Assembly: GCA_030265505.1 (NCBI GenBank)
Contig: JAJDGD010000002.1
Span: 2,155 to 66,154 of the forward strand
From: Ruminococcaceae bacterium OttesenSCG-928-O06
GTDB taxonomy: Bacteria > Bacillota > Clostridia > Oscillospirales > Ruminococcaceae
DNA: 64,000 bases
Reading direction: 5' to 3'
A program made the translations under genes and the position numbers. The number at the start of each line of letters is the position of its first letter. The first letter of the stretch is position 1. The notes below the pieces were generated by a model, which was given only the letters and a program-made list of their open reading frames with translations, was not told where the DNA came from and did not search any database. Shown one piece after another: positions 38,453 through 48,043 of this stretch.

Positions 38453-40357
38453 ATGCACGACGGCTTTATCAAGGCCTGCGCCGCATCCCCCAGGGTGCAT
38501 GTGGCAGACTGTGCCCAAAATGCACAGGGCATCATCGAAGCAGCCCACGCCGCGGCAAACGCGGGCGCAAAACTACTGGTAACGCCGGAACTTGGTATTA
38601 CCGGCTACACCTGTGGAGACCTTTTTTTGCAAGAGGCCCTTTTGGCCGACGCTACAGAGGCCCTTGTGCAGGTGTGCCGTGGCACCGCCGCCTTGCCCTT
38701 GCTGCTTGTTGCAGGGCTGCCGCTGCGCCACCGGGGCAAGCTGTACAACTGCGCCGCCGTACTGTGTGCCGGCCGCGTACTGGGCCTTGTACCCAAAAGT
38801 CAGCCGGCCAATTATAGCGAATTTTCTGAACTGCGCTATTTCTCCCCCGCGTTTGCCGGGGTGGAACGCTTCGAGCAAGGCCCCTTGCGCGGGGTGCCCA
38901 TCGGGGTGCAGATGCTGTTCCGCTGTGAGGAGATGCCCGCCCTTACCGTGGGGGTTGAGATTGGCGAGGACCTGTGGGTGCCTGCGCCCCCCTCCATTTT
39001 CCATGTAGCGGCTGGTGCCACGGTGATAGCCGGCCTTGCCGCCACGCCCGAGGCCGCCGGCATGGCGGAAAAACGCCGCAGCCTTGTAACGGGGCAAAGC
39101 GGGCGGCTTTTGTGCGGCTATGTGTATGCCAACGCCGGCTGCGGGGAATCCACCACAGACCTTGTGTTTGCAGGCCATGGCTGCATTGCCGAAAATGGCG
39201 CCCTGCTGGCTGAAAGTATACCTTTCTCCGGCGCAGCCGCCACCTCCGACATCGACCTGGGCCGCATTTTACACGACCGCCAGCGCATCACCTCTTTCCC
39301 CGATGCCGGCGCCGCCGGGTACATTCTGGCGGGCTTCCAACTGCCCATTGAACAGACGGTGCTCACGCGCGAAATATCCCCCGCGCCGTTTATTCCCCCG
39401 CAGGGGCAACTTGCCGCCCGGTGCGAGGAAATCCTCTCCATCCAGGCGGCGGGGCTGCAAAAACGGCTGGAATACACCGGCTGCAAAACCGTCGTCATCG
39501 GTATCTCCGGCGGGCTGGACAGTTCCCTTGCCCTGCTGGTGGCGGCGCGCGCCTTTGCGGGCATGGGCCGCCCGGCAAAGGACATTCTGGCTTATTCCAT
39601 GCCCGGGTTTGGCACCACGGCGCGCACCCGCGCCAACGCCGAAAGTCTGTGCAAAGCCCTCGGGGTCAGCTTTGCAGTCATCGACATCACCAAAACCGCC
39701 CGCGCACATTTTGAGGAGATTGCCCAAAGCGAAGATGTGCACGACGTGGTGTACGAAAACGCCCAGGCCCGCATACGCACGCTTACTTTAATGGACCTTG
39801 CCAACCGCCACGGCGGCCTTGTGCTGGGCACGGGAGATCTCTCTGAGCTTGCCCTGGGTTGGGCCACCTACAATGGCGACCATATGAGCATGTACGGCCT
39901 AAATGCCTCGGTGCCCAAAACCCTTATCCGCCACCTGCTGGCCCACGAGGCCGAAAAGAGCCCCCACCTGGCCAAGATACTGGGGGACGTTCTGGACACC
40001 CCCGTCAGCCCCGAGCTGCTGCCCGCAAAAGACGGCGAGATTGCCCAAAAAACCGAAGAGCTTGTGGGCCCGTATGAACTGCACGACTTCTTTTTGTATT
40101 ATATGCTGCGCTGGGGCTTTGCGCCCGGCAAGGTGCTGCGGCTGGCCTGCACCGCCTTTGCCGGCAAGTACGAACAGGATACCATCTTAAAGTGGCTGAA
40201 AGTGTTTTACCAGCGGTTTTTCTCCCAACAGTACAAGCGCAGCTGTTTGCCCGACGCCCCCAAAGTCGGCTCTGTCTCCCTCTCCCCCCGGGGGGGCTGG
40301 TGCATGCCCTCCGATGCCAGTGCCGCCGCCTGGATGCGGGAAGTGGGAAATCTGTAA
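38453..40357 (+). CDS. nadE: Glutamine-dependent NAD(+) synthetase
   Basis: The ATG at 38453. It has an N-terminal CN-hydrolase domain, followed by the NAD synthetase PP-loop (ISGGLDSSLA). Confidence 0.9.
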   Translation: MHDGFIKACAASPRVHVADCAQNAQGIIEAAHAAANAGAKLLVTPELGITGYTCGDLFLQEALLADATEALVQVCRGTAALPLLLVAGLPLRHRGKLYNCAAVLCAGRVLGLVPKSQPANYSEFSELRYFSPAFAGVERFEQGPLRGVPIGVQMLFRCEEMPALTVGVEIGEDLWVPAPPSIFHVAAGATVIAGLAATPEAAGMAEKRRSLVTGQSGRLLCGYVYANAGCGESTTDLVFAGHGCIAENGALLAESIPFSGAAATSDIDLGRILHDRQRITSFPDAGAAGYILAGFQLPIEQTVLTREISPAPFIPPQGQLAARCEEILSIQAAGLQKRLEYTGCKTVVIGISGGLDSSLALLVAARAFAGMGRPAKDILAYSMPGFGTTARTRANAESLCKALGVSFAVIDITKTARAHFEEIAQSEDVHDVVYENAQARIRTLTLMDLANRHGGLVLGTGDLSELALGWATYNGDHMSMYGLNASVPKTLIRHLLAHEAEKSPHLAKILGDVLDTPVSPELLPAKDGEIAQKTEELVGPYELHDFFLYYMLRWGFAPGKVLRLACTAFAGKYEQDTILKWLKVFYQRFFSQQYKRSCLPDAPKVGSVSLSPRGGWCMPSDASAAAWMREVGNL

Positions 40358-40391
40358 GAGTATATAAAATTCGGAGTAGAGGAATGGTTTG

Positions 40392-40751
40392 ATGGCAAAA
40401 AAGCAAAAGTATCTCGGCTGGAGCGACGACGACGTGCGCCAGGAACTGAAGCGCAGAAGTGAGCGCAATGTGGTATTTTCCGTGTATTTTGTGCTGCTTT
40501 TGGTGGCGGCCCTCTGTGCAGAGTTTTTCAACCTGCGCAGCCTGTGGCTTTACCTTGTAGTATTTGTGGTGTATACGGTTTTGTTCGTTGTGGCAGTCAC
40601 TTATATACGCAAAAAGAACGGCCAATTGTCGGTATGGAAACCCCATAAGGACCCCTTATCCCAGGGCGCCCAGCCGCAGGCCGCAGCGGGCACCCCTGTA
40701 CCCGCCCCTGGCGATAACACAAGCCCGCCCGAAGCAGACAATGATGTTTAA
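40392..40751 (+). CDS. Hypothetical small membrane protein (two predicted TM helices, Pro/Ala-rich tail)
   Basis: 119 aa. The ATG at 40392 lies 7 nt after GAGGAA. It has two hydrophobic stretches (VVFSVYFVLLLVAALCAEFF and LWLYLVVFVVYTVLFVVAVTYI). I recognise no family. Confidence 0.45.
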   Translation: MAKKQKYLGWSDDDVRQELKRRSERNVVFSVYFVLLLVAALCAEFFNLRSLWLYLVVFVVYTVLFVVAVTYIRKKNGQLSVWKPHKDPLSQGAQPQAAAGTPVPAPGDNTSPPEADNDV

Positions 40752-40773
40752 CACCGCAAACAAGGAGGACCAG

Positions 40774-41289
40774 ATGGAAAATAATGTCTTTGCCCTGCGG
40801 GCCAGCGTACGGGATTTTTTGCCCGACGAAGTACCCCAGGAGTTGATTGAGCAGCTTTTACACGCGGCAACCCAGGCCCCCAGCGCGGGCAACCTGCAGC
40901 CCTGGCATTTCTATGTGGTGAAAAAAACCGCGCTGAAAGAGCAACTGAGTGCTTGCGCCTACGGCCAAAAATCCATTGCGTCGGCGCCCGTGGTCATCGT
41001 GGTTTGTGCCGAGCCGGCAATGTCCTCCAAGCGGTATGAAGCCCGCGGAGAGACCCTGTACTGCCTGCAGGATACCGCCGCCGCCACAGAGAACATCCTG
41101 TTGTGTGCCGCCCAAAATGGCTTGGGCACCTGCTGGTGCGGCGCATTTAAAGAGGAAGCTGTCAGCCAGGCCATGGCCCTGCCGGCGGCGCGGCGCCCGG
41201 TGGCGATATTGCCCATTGGTTACCCTGCAAAACCCGCAAAAAAGCCCGCGCGCCGCCCTATGAAAGATACCGTTACCACCATTGAATAA
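40774..41289 (+). CDS. Nitroreductase family protein
   Basis: The ATG at 40774 follows AAGGAGG. It contains RASVRDFLPDEVPQELIEQLLHAATQAPSAGNLQPWHFYVV, the typical FMN nitroreductase fold. Confidence 0.85.
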   Translation: MENNVFALRASVRDFLPDEVPQELIEQLLHAATQAPSAGNLQPWHFYVVKKTALKEQLSACAYGQKSIASAPVVIVVCAEPAMSSKRYEARGETLYCLQDTAAATENILLCAAQNGLGTCWCGAFKEEAVSQAMALPAARRPVAILPIGYPAKPAKKPARRPMKDTVTTIE

Positions 41290-41342
41290 GCCCTCTCGCG
41301 GGTTGCACTTCGCAAAATACAATGTCCACAAACAAAGGCACC

Positions 41343-41377
41343 ACCTAACATGGGTGGTGCCTTTGCTTGTAATAACA
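41343..41377 (+). terminator. Intrinsic terminator after the nitroreductase gene
   Basis: The hairpin AAAGGCACCACC-loop-GGTGGTGCCTTT is followed by a T-rich tail (the TTT of the 3' arm plus GCTTG). Confidence 0.65.
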
Positions 41378-41400
41378 CGTTACTGTTGAAGAGGATCCTT

Positions 41401-42185
41401 CTAATTCACTTCTCGAGGAGAATAGAAGGATTCCATTGGAATTGCTTGAATCTCTTTGATATAGGAATACATACAGACAATTCTATAATTTGATTCATCG
41501 ATGAGCGCATATTCAAACGTAGAAAATTCATCTTCAAATCGCAACACATACGCTGGGTATTCAAATACGATTGAATCATACTGCAATGAACCTCCTTCCA
41601 CACCTTTGTAGTCAATGTCCATCTGAGAAAACCGTTCAACTTCTGCGTAGAAATCCTTGGGTTGGAGGGTATAGGAAAGGTAAATCTGATATATGTTATC
41701 AAAACTTTGTGTCGAACAATAGTAATAAAAAGCATCTACCTTATGCTGGCTGGTTATTTCCTTGGGAAACAGCGACAATGATGTATGCATGCGTAATTCT
41801 TCGGCTTCACTAGGAATATGGCCTTCATATATGCCATATTGGGAAATGTCTGTTGTGGAATAACTTTCTCCGGTTACAGCAATTAACCCGAATACACCCA
41901 ACATGATGATTGTAGGCAGTAACGCGATATAAATCAAAACGGCGGCTCCAACAAGAATAACTGTACGTCGTTTTTTGATTTTTTTCCAAAGCTTTTAATC
42001 TGTTCGCTTTCAGCGGATTCATCGTACTTATTAAGTCGGGTTAAAGGGATTTTCAAGTCTTTACTCGTTGTGTCATAAAAGCTTTGGCAAGCTTTAGTGA
42101 TATCATCCGAGGAACCGCCCACTTTTATTCCAGTGGGTGGTTCCTTTTTTATGGAATTCAGATTGACAGCAAGTTTTTTTAACAA
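41401..42185 (-). pseudogene. AT-rich hypothetical membrane-anchored protein, apparently split by a frameshift at a poly-A tract
   Basis: Two adjacent ORFs are read in different frames (42185..41934 and 41937..41401). Both have only TTG as a possible start. One extra A in the A7 run (41979-41985) would fuse ...SEQIKSFGKK to IKKRRTVILVGAAVLIYIALLPTIIMLGVF..., a Lys/Arg-rich anchor followed by a TM helix. I recognise no family. Confidence 0.35.
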
Positions 42186-42307
42186 GGAATGTAGCGTTCA
42201 AGATATGAAAATAAGTATGCACGATACGCAAAAACCGACAATAACGAACCATCGCATTTTATCGTATCGTGCATACTATCGTGCATACAAATTTATGCAC
42301 ATTACAT

Positions 42308-42673
42308 TGGTGGAGATGACGGGAATCGAACCCGTGTCCAGAAAGCCGGCCGCAGGAGTATCTCCGGGTGCAGATCATCTACAAGGTTCCCCCGGCGGCA
42401 GGCCGATGATCAGGCCGCCGCGTCGGTAGCTTCATTCGTTCATGACGGCCCGCAAAGCTTAAGGCCGTTCACGTTTACCGTTTAAATGACGCCCGGGCCC
42501 TGCCCCACGGTAGAGCAGGCCGGACGGCCGGCCTTAGTTAGGCGGCAACAGCAACAGGGTTGCTGCGGAAATTAACAGTGTTGTTAACTATTGTTTTGCG
42601 GCAGTTAAAGTGGGGCCGCACCACTACCCGCTGCTCCTGCTTTCTTCTCCCTGTCGAAACCTTTACATCCCCC
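42308..42673 (-). ncRNA. ssrA: tmRNA (transfer-messenger RNA)
   Basis: On the minus strand the 5' end is GGGGGATGTAAAGGTTTCGACAGGG and the 3' end is GGACACGGGTTCGATTCCCGTCATCTCCACCA (tRNA-Ala-like acceptor and T-arm). The internal tag frame reads ...AAC ACT GTT AAT TTC CGC AGC AAC CCT GTT GCT GTT GCC GCC TAA (...NTVNFRSNPVAVAA*). smpB lies immediately upstream. Confidence 0.9.
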
Positions 42674-42691
42674 TATTTCAGTTGGCGGCGT

Positions 42692-43153
42692 TCACTCTGC
42701 GTTTTGTTGTTTTACGGCGCGGTCCATCGTGCGTTTTGCGTCGCGGTTGGCGGCAGTGGCCCGTTTGTCGTACAGCTTTTTGCCACGGCACAGCCCCAGT
42801 TCCACTTTCACCAAAGAGCCTTTCAAGTACAGCGAAAGCGGGATGAGCGTGAGGCCCTGGGTCTTCACCTGCTGGTACAGGCGGCGAATCTCACTTTTGT
42901 GCAGCAGCAGCTTGCGTTTGCGTTCGGGGTCACGGTTGAAGATGTTCCCCTTCTCGTACGGGGATATGTGCATCCCCACCAGGTGAACTTCTCCGTCGCG
43001 TACGTCCGCCCAGGCCTCTTTCAGGTTCACGTTGCCCATGCGGATGCTTTTTACCTCGGTGCCCACAAGCTCTATGCCGGCTTCCACCGTTTCCAGTACA
43101 ATATATTCGTGGCGGGCCTTTCGGTTCACCGCCACAGTTTTGGTTGGCACCAT
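42692..43153 (-). CDS. smpB: SsrA-binding protein SmpB
   Basis: The ATG at 43153 lies 6 nt after AGGAGG. It contains [30 protein letters not shown] and the tail ...KKLYDKR.... Confidence 0.9.
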   Translation of the reverse strand: MVPTKTVAVNRKARHEYIVLETVEAGIELVGTEVKSIRMGNVNLKEAWADVRDGEVHLVGMHISPYEKGNIFNRDPERKRKLLLHKSEIRRLYQQVKTQGLTLIPLSLYLKGSLVKVELGLCRGKKLYDKRATAANRDAKRTMDRAVKQQNAE

Positions 43154-43252
43154 GGGCCCACCTCCTTCTGCCATTGGCGGATTCTTACTATAGCCCCTGC
43201 GGCGTACATTGTCAAACGACAATTTGGTAACAGACGCGGCGCGCCTGGTGCT

Positions 43253-43852
43253 TTACAGCTCTCCTCTGCCAGATAATGCACGATATAGCGTCACATCATC
43301 AACATACTCCAGGTTGCTGCCCACCGGCAGGCCATAGGCCAGGCGGGTGGTAAGCACCCCCAGGGGTTTTATCAGCCGGGCCAGATACAAGGCGGTGGCC
43401 TCCCCTTCTACGGTGGGGTTTGTGGCCATAATCACTTCCTTCACCTCGTCCGTTTTCAGGCGGGCCAAAAGCTCCTGCACATACAACTGCTCGGCCCCTA
43501 TGCCCTCTGTGGGCGAGATAAGCCCGTGCAGCACATGGTACAGGCCCTTATACTCGCGCGTGTGTTCAAAGGCGGTCACGTCGCGGGGGCTTTCCACCAC
43601 GCATATCACGCTTTTGTCCCGCGCAGGGTCCCGGCATATAGCGCAGTCTTCCTGCTCGGTGAAGTTCTGGCATATGGCGCAGCGGTGTATCTTCTCGTGC
43701 GCCTCCACAATGGCCTTGGCAAAGTCCTCGGCCTGGGCTTTTTCCATGGCCAGCACCTGGTAGGCCAGGCGGGCGGCGCCCTTGCGGCCAATGCCGTTCA
43801 GCCGGGCAAATTGTTCTATCAAATTTTCCAGCGGCGCCGTTACATGGGCCAT
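43253..43852 (-). CDS. recR: Recombination protein RecR
   Basis: 199 aa. It has a helix-hairpin-helix (GIGRKGAARLA), a Cys4 zinc finger (CAICQNFTEQEDCAIC) and a Toprim domain. Confidence 0.95.
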   Translation of the reverse strand: MAHVTAPLENLIEQFARLNGIGRKGAARLAYQVLAMEKAQAEDFAKAIVEAHEKIHRCAICQNFTEQEDCAICRDPARDKSVICVVESPRDVTAFEHTREYKGLYHVLHGLISPTEGIGAEQLYVQELLARLKTDEVKEVIMATNPTVEGEATALYLARLIKPLGVLTTRLAYGLPVGSNLEYVDDVTLYRALSGRGEL

Positions 43853-43889
43853 ACTCTCACGCCTTTGCGCATAAAATGGTGGGGCTGAA

Positions 43890-44240
43890 TCACATCAGGC
43901 CGTCCAGCCCCGGCAGGTTGAAACTGCCCGAAATCTCGGCCATCTCATTTTCCGCGGCCTCTTTCACGGTACGCACCGCCTCGTTGAATGCCGCGGCTAT
44001 CATGTCTTCCATCATCTCCGCGTCGTCCGGGTCTATGATATCCGGCTGTACATGCACGGCGTTCACCTGGTAATCCCCGCGCATCACAACCTCCACCATG
44101 CCGCCCGCCGCCTTCACGGTGTACTCGGTCTCTTCCAGTTCGGCCTGCTTGGCCTGCATCTGCTCCTGCATCTGCTGGGCTTGCTGCATCAGTTTGTTTA
44201 CGTTTTGTTTTCCGTACCCCTCGGGCAGCCTGGCTTTCAT
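43890..44240 (-). CDS. ybaB: YbaB/EbfC family nucleoid-associated protein
   Basis: 116 aa with ...MQQAQQMQEQMQAKQAELEETEYTVKAAGGMVEVVMRGD.... It lies between dnaX and recR, which is canonical synteny. Confidence 0.9.
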   Translation of the reverse strand: MKARLPEGYGKQNVNKLMQQAQQMQEQMQAKQAELEETEYTVKAAGGMVEVVMRGDYQVNAVHVQPDIIDPDDAEMMEDMIAAAFNEAVRTVKEAAENEMAEISGSFNLPGLDGLM

Positions 44241-44253
44241 ATGTTTCCCGCCT

Positions 44254-46029
44254 TTACTCGTATTCTACGTCCACGCCCATGGCCTCCCATTGGCGCAGGG
44301 TGTCCTGTACAGTGTTTTGGGGCGCTTGTTCGGGCGCCTGCTTTCGTTCATAGGGCCCAAGGCCATAGCGGCGGCCGGTCACTTCACTCACCACCGCCTT
44401 GATGCGCTCGCGGGCACTCTCGTTCTGCCGCATGAAGGTGAGGAAGAGGTCTCCCCCGTCTATGAAGATGGTTTGGCCGTTGGTGTACGCGGCCGAGGCC
44501 TCCATGTAGGAGTAGAGCAACTTATCCGCCTGTTTCATGCGCTGTAGTACCTCGGGCCAAGCGGTAAAGGGCTGCATCTCGTCCTGGGGCGCCGTAGCAG
44601 CGTCCTGTTGAGCGGCAAGGGCACCCGGAACCATTTGCCCCGCCTGGCCTGTGGGGCCGTTTGTGGTGGCTTCTACCATGAATGCCGCGGCAGGCGGCGC
44701 TTTCTGCTGGTCCTGCGCTGTATCCTCGGGCGGCGCAGGCGATGCCACAGGTGTATCCGGTGCGTCCTCCGCTTTTTGTGCAGTGGGTATGGGTGTCCCG
44801 GCGGCAGCATCTGTGCTTTCCGTTTGCACTGCTGGCGCGGGCGGCGCAGAGGATATAGCAGCAGATGTTCCCTCATTTTGCGGTGCATTCACCACGCCCG
44901 GCACCGGCTGTGGCGCCTGTGCTGTTTTACGCTCTGTGGCCGCATTTTCGGCACTGTCCGCAAGGTCAAACAACGCCAGCTCCAGCTCAATGCGGGGGTC
45001 GGGCGCGCGGCCCATGCGGTCCATAGCCTCGGCCAAGCGGCGGATAGCCTGGATGGACGCCTCTTCCGGTATCTCTTGCGCCGCCTGCATATAGCGGGCC
45101 TGCTCCTTCTGCGGCACGTCCTCCAGCAGGGCGGCGTCGTGCGTGCTGCGGGCAAGCAGCAGGTTGCGGTAGTGGTGGGCCAGTTCCTCTGCAAGGCGGC
45201 GCACGTCTATGCTTTGGGCACGCAAGGCGGCGCTTTGGGCCAGCAGGGCGGCGGTGTTGCCGGCCAGCACGGCGCCGCTTATGGCAAACAGGTAGTCTTT
45301 GTCTGCCACACCGGCCATTTTCCGCACCAGGGCCTCGTCCACGTCGGCGCGTACGCCGGCGCAGGTATCCAAAAGGGACAAGGCGTCCCGCATTGCGCCG
45401 TCGGCCAGGCGGGCAATCAAGTCCGCGGCGGCGTCGGTAAGGGCAATGCCTTCCTCCCCGGCCACAAGCCGTAGGCGGCCCGCAATCTCATCGGGGGCTA
45501 TGCGCATAAAGTCAAACCGCTGGCAGCGGGACAAAATGGTGGCGGGCACCTTGTGGCTCTCGGTGGTGGCCAAAATAAAAATCACATGGGAGGGTGGTTC
45601 CTCCATGATTTTTAGCAAAGCGTTGAAGGCCGCGGTGGACAGCATGTGTACCTCGTCTATTATATACACACGGTACTGCCCGCGGCTGGGGCGGTACAGC
45701 GTTTCCTCGCGCAGCTCGCGCACATCCTCCACGCCGTTGTTGGACGCCGCGTCTATCTCCATCACGTCCAATATGCTGCCGCTCTCCATGCCTTGGCACA
45801 GCACGCATTCGCCACAGGGCTCGGCACCGTCGCGGGCCTCGCAGTTCACCGCCTTGGCAAATATTTTGGCACAGGTGGTTTTGCCGGTGCCGCGCGTGCC
45901 CGTAAACAGGTAGGCATGGCCTATCCTTTGGGCGCTTATCTGGTTTGCCAGGGCGGTGGTGATGCTCTCTTGCCCCACCACGTCGGCAAAGCGCTGGGGC
46001 CGCCATTTGCGGTACAGTGCACGGTACAC
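44254..46029 (-). CDS. dnaX: DNA polymerase III subunit gamma/tau
   Basis: I place the start at the GTG at 46029, 6 nt after GGAGGA, giving VYRALYRKWRPQRFADVVGQ. It has a Walker A (GTRGTGKTT) and the zinc module CGECVLC. The ORF-track ATG at 46122 would run into the SRP RNA gene. Confidence 0.9.
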   Translation of the reverse strand: MYRALYRKWRPQRFADVVGQESITTALANQISAQRIGHAYLFTGTRGTGKTTCAKIFAKAVNCEARDGAEPCGECVLCQGMESGSILDVMEIDAASNNGVEDVRELREETLYRPSRGQYRVYIIDEVHMLSTAAFNALLKIMEEPPSHVIFILATTESHKVPATILSRCQRFDFMRIAPDEIAGRLRLVAGEEGIALTDAAADLIARLADGAMRDALSLLDTCAGVRADVDEALVRKMAGVADKDYLFAISGAVLAGNTAALLAQSAALRAQSIDVRRLAEELAHHYRNLLLARSTHDAALLEDVPQKEQARYMQAAQEIPEEASIQAIRRLAEAMDRMGRAPDPRIELELALFDLADSAENAATERKTAQAPQPVPGVVNAPQNEGTSAAISSAPPAPAVQTESTDAAAGTPIPTAQKAEDAPDTPVASPAPPEDTAQDQQKAPPAAAFMVEATTNGPTGQAGQMVPGALAAQQDAATAPQDEMQPFTAWPEVLQRMKQADKLLYSYMEASAAYTNGQTIFIDGGDLFLTFMRQNESARERIKAVVSEVTGRRYGLGPYERKQAPEQAPQNTVQDTLRQWEAMGVDVEYE

Positions 46030-46059
46030 AGGCCGTCCTCCGGTTCCTAAAAATGCCAC

Positions 46060-46232
46060 AAAAAAGCGGGCAGTTGCGCTGCGCTGCATACGAAAGGCAG
46101 GTTGGCTGCGGCACACAAACACATCCGCTTAATGCTGCTCGGTTCCCCGCCTGACATGGTTCACGGCGGCCTGTTGCACAGGACCCGCCTTCCGTATGCA
46201 AAGCAGCGCGCACACCCTCTGCCCGCCCTTAG
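46060..46232 (-). ncRNA. ffs: Signal recognition particle RNA (4.5S/scRNA)
   Basis: The minus strand has the domain IV motif ATGTCAGGCGGGGAACCGAGCAGCATTAAG (compare GUCAGGUCCGGAAGGAAGCAGC, with a GGAA tetraloop). The terminal stem GGGCGGGCAG...CTGCCCGC is followed by TTTTTT. It lies upstream of dnaX, as in other Firmicutes. Confidence 0.75.
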
Positions 46233-46233
46233 C

Positions 46234-46262
46234 AGTATACCTTATTTGGCCTTCCTTGGCAA
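46234..46262 (-). promoter_or_regulatory. Promoter of the SRP RNA gene
   Basis: On the minus strand: TTGCCA (46262-46257), a 17-nt spacer, then TATACT (46239-46234). Confidence 0.55.
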
Positions 46263-46275
46263 GGCGCAAGCCCCC

Positions 46276-47259
46276 CTACAGGCCAGGCACCACCGACGCC
46301 GCCGTGATGATGGCCATCTTGTACACTTCCTCGGTGGTGCTGCCACGCGAAAGGTCGTTGATGGGGTGGTTCATACCGGTACAGATGGGGCCCAAGGCCT
46401 CGAAGCCGCCCAGGCGCTGGGCAATTTTGTAGCCGATGTTCCCGGCGTTCAAATCCGGGAAGATGAAGGTATTGGCCTCGCCCGCCACCGGGGATTCCGG
46501 CGCCTTAAATTTGCCCACGTTGGGGGTGAATGCCGCGTCGAACTGCAGTTCCCCATCTACGGGAAAGTCCACCTTCATCTCTTTCAGCCGCTCCACCACG
46601 TTGCGCATCTTGCGGGGAGACTCCCCCTTGCCGGAACGCATGGAGCTGTAAGACAACAGCGCCACTTTGGGTTCGATATCGAACAGGCGCGCCATGCTTG
46701 CCGCCGCGATGGTGATCTCCACCAAATCGTCCTCGTCCGGGGAGATGTTCAGCGCGCAATCTCCCATCACATAGCGTTCGTCCTCGTCTTTGCCGGGGCG
46801 CGTCATAATAAAGCAGGTGGAGGCCACCTTGCATTCGGGCTTGGTTTTGATGATCTGCAGCGCGGGGCGAATGGTCTCCAACGTGGAGAAGGTGGCGCCG
46901 CACAGCATGCAGTCCACATATTTGCGGCGCAGCAGCATGGCGCCAAAATAGTTGGCCCGCTTGATGTTCTTGCGGCACTCTTCCTCGGTCATCTTGTGCT
47001 TGCGCAGTTCATAATACTCCTGCGCAATCTCATCAAAATCCGGGTGGTCGCGCGGCTCTATCATTTCCATGCCGCTCAAATCAATGCCGTCCTGCCGCGC
47101 CAGGTGGATGATCTCATCCGGGTCTCCCAGCAAAACGGGTTCCAACAGGCCCTCTTTGCGCAAGCGGTTGGCCGCCTGTTGTATGCGGTGGTCGCGCCCT
47201 TCGGGCAGCACCAGGCGCACCTTGTTCACTTTCAGCATCTCGATCATTTTCCGAAACAT
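46276..47259 (-). CDS. pta: Phosphate acetyltransferase
   Basis: The ATG at 47259 gives [30 protein letters not shown], and the body is typical of short-form Pta (327 aa). The ORF-track start at 47649 is a long spurious extension. Confidence 0.9.
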   Translation of the reverse strand: MFRKMIEMLKVNKVRLVLPEGRDHRIQQAANRLRKEGLLEPVLLGDPDEIIHLARQDGIDLSGMEMIEPRDHPDFDEIAQEYYELRKHKMTEEECRKNIKRANYFGAMLLRRKYVDCMLCGATFSTLETIRPALQIIKTKPECKVASTCFIMTRPGKDEDERYVMGDCALNISPDEDDLVEITIAAASMARLFDIEPKVALLSYSSMRSGKGESPRKMRNVVERLKEMKVDFPVDGELQFDAAFTPNVGKFKAPESPVAGEANTFIFPDLNAGNIGYKIAQRLGGFEALGPICTGMNHPINDLSRGSTTEEVYKMAIITAASVVPGL

Positions 47260-47416
47260 AGCACATCTCCTATCGCACGTTGTCGCCTTTTCCACCCTGT
47301 TCTTATCATACCACAGCCGGTTGGGGGAATACAATGCAATTGCCCCATATATAGCGTTGGCGCAGGGCGTTTTCCATGGTATACTGGGTTTCATACTACA
47401 AAAGGTGAGTGATACT

Positions 47417-47992
47417 ATGGACGGCAACACATGGGAAAGCCTGCGCGAACAGTGCCTTGCCTGCCAAAAATGCGCCCTTGCAAGCACACGCACACAGGTG
47501 GTGTTTGGCACCGGTAACCCTGCAGCCGAGGTGCTTTTTGTGGGCGAAGGCCCCGGCCAGCAAGAGGATGAACAAGGCCTGCCCTTTGTGGGCCGCAGCG
47601 GCAAGCTGCTGGACGTATACCTCGATGCCATCGGCCTTGGGCGGGACAAAAATATCTACATCGCCAACATTGTGAAATGCCGCCCCCCCGGCAACAGGGA
47701 CCCCTTGCCCGAGGAACGGGAGGCCTGCCTGCCCTGGCTGCGCAAGCAGTTTTCGCACATCCGTCCTAAAATCATCGTTTGCCTGGGGCGCATTGCCGCG
47801 CAGGTCATCATCCGGCCAAACTACGCCATTATGAAAGAACATGGCCAATGGGAGGAAAAGAACGGCGTGTGGTTCACCGCCACCCTGCACCCGGCGGCAC
47901 TGTTGCGCAACCCCAACAACAAACCCCTTGCCTTCGAGGATTTTGTTGCCGTACGCGAGAAGATACGCGAAGTGTGTGACCATACCTATTGA
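47417..47992 (+). CDS. Uracil-DNA glycosylase, family 4
   Basis: The ATG at 47417. It has the Fe-S cysteines CLACQKC and the motifs [17 protein letters not shown] and HPAALLRNP. Confidence 0.85.
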   Translation: MDGNTWESLREQCLACQKCALASTRTQVVFGTGNPAAEVLFVGEGPGQQEDEQGLPFVGRSGKLLDVYLDAIGLGRDKNIYIANIVKCRPPGNRDPLPEEREACLPWLRKQFSHIRPKIIVCLGRIAAQVIIRPNYAIMKEHGQWEEKNGVWFTATLHPAALLRNPNNKPLAFEDFVAVREKIREVCDHTY

Positions 47993-48043
47993 AAAGAACA
48001 GGCGTGAGCCCGCCCGCCATCCTTGGGGATACAAAGACAAAAC

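Noticed and set aside
41290-41400. A direct repeat of the ssrA 3' end (an attL/attR pair) that would delimit an integrated island.
   Set aside because: No copy of the tmRNA 3' terminal sequence (GGGTTCGATTCCCGTCATCTCCACCA or part of it) is visible at the distal edge of the AT-rich segment, and no integrase lies within it. I can therefore only call it a possible remnant, not a defined mobile element.
44254-46029. A programmed -1 frameshift site in dnaX (A AAA AAG type).
   Set aside because: The coding strand of dnaX contains no A AAA AAG heptamer. The closest run is CAAAAAG near 44771. The gene appears to encode a single product, as in other Firmicutes.
46276-47649. Long N-terminal extensions in the ORF track, for example pta as 457 aa, tgt from 15854, rlmD from 36870, the nitroreductase from 40564 and nadK from 4764.
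   Set aside because: In each case an internal ATG preceded by a GGAGG-type ribosome-binding site gives the canonical family N-terminus. The extension runs through an intergenic region, a promoter or the neighbouring gene.
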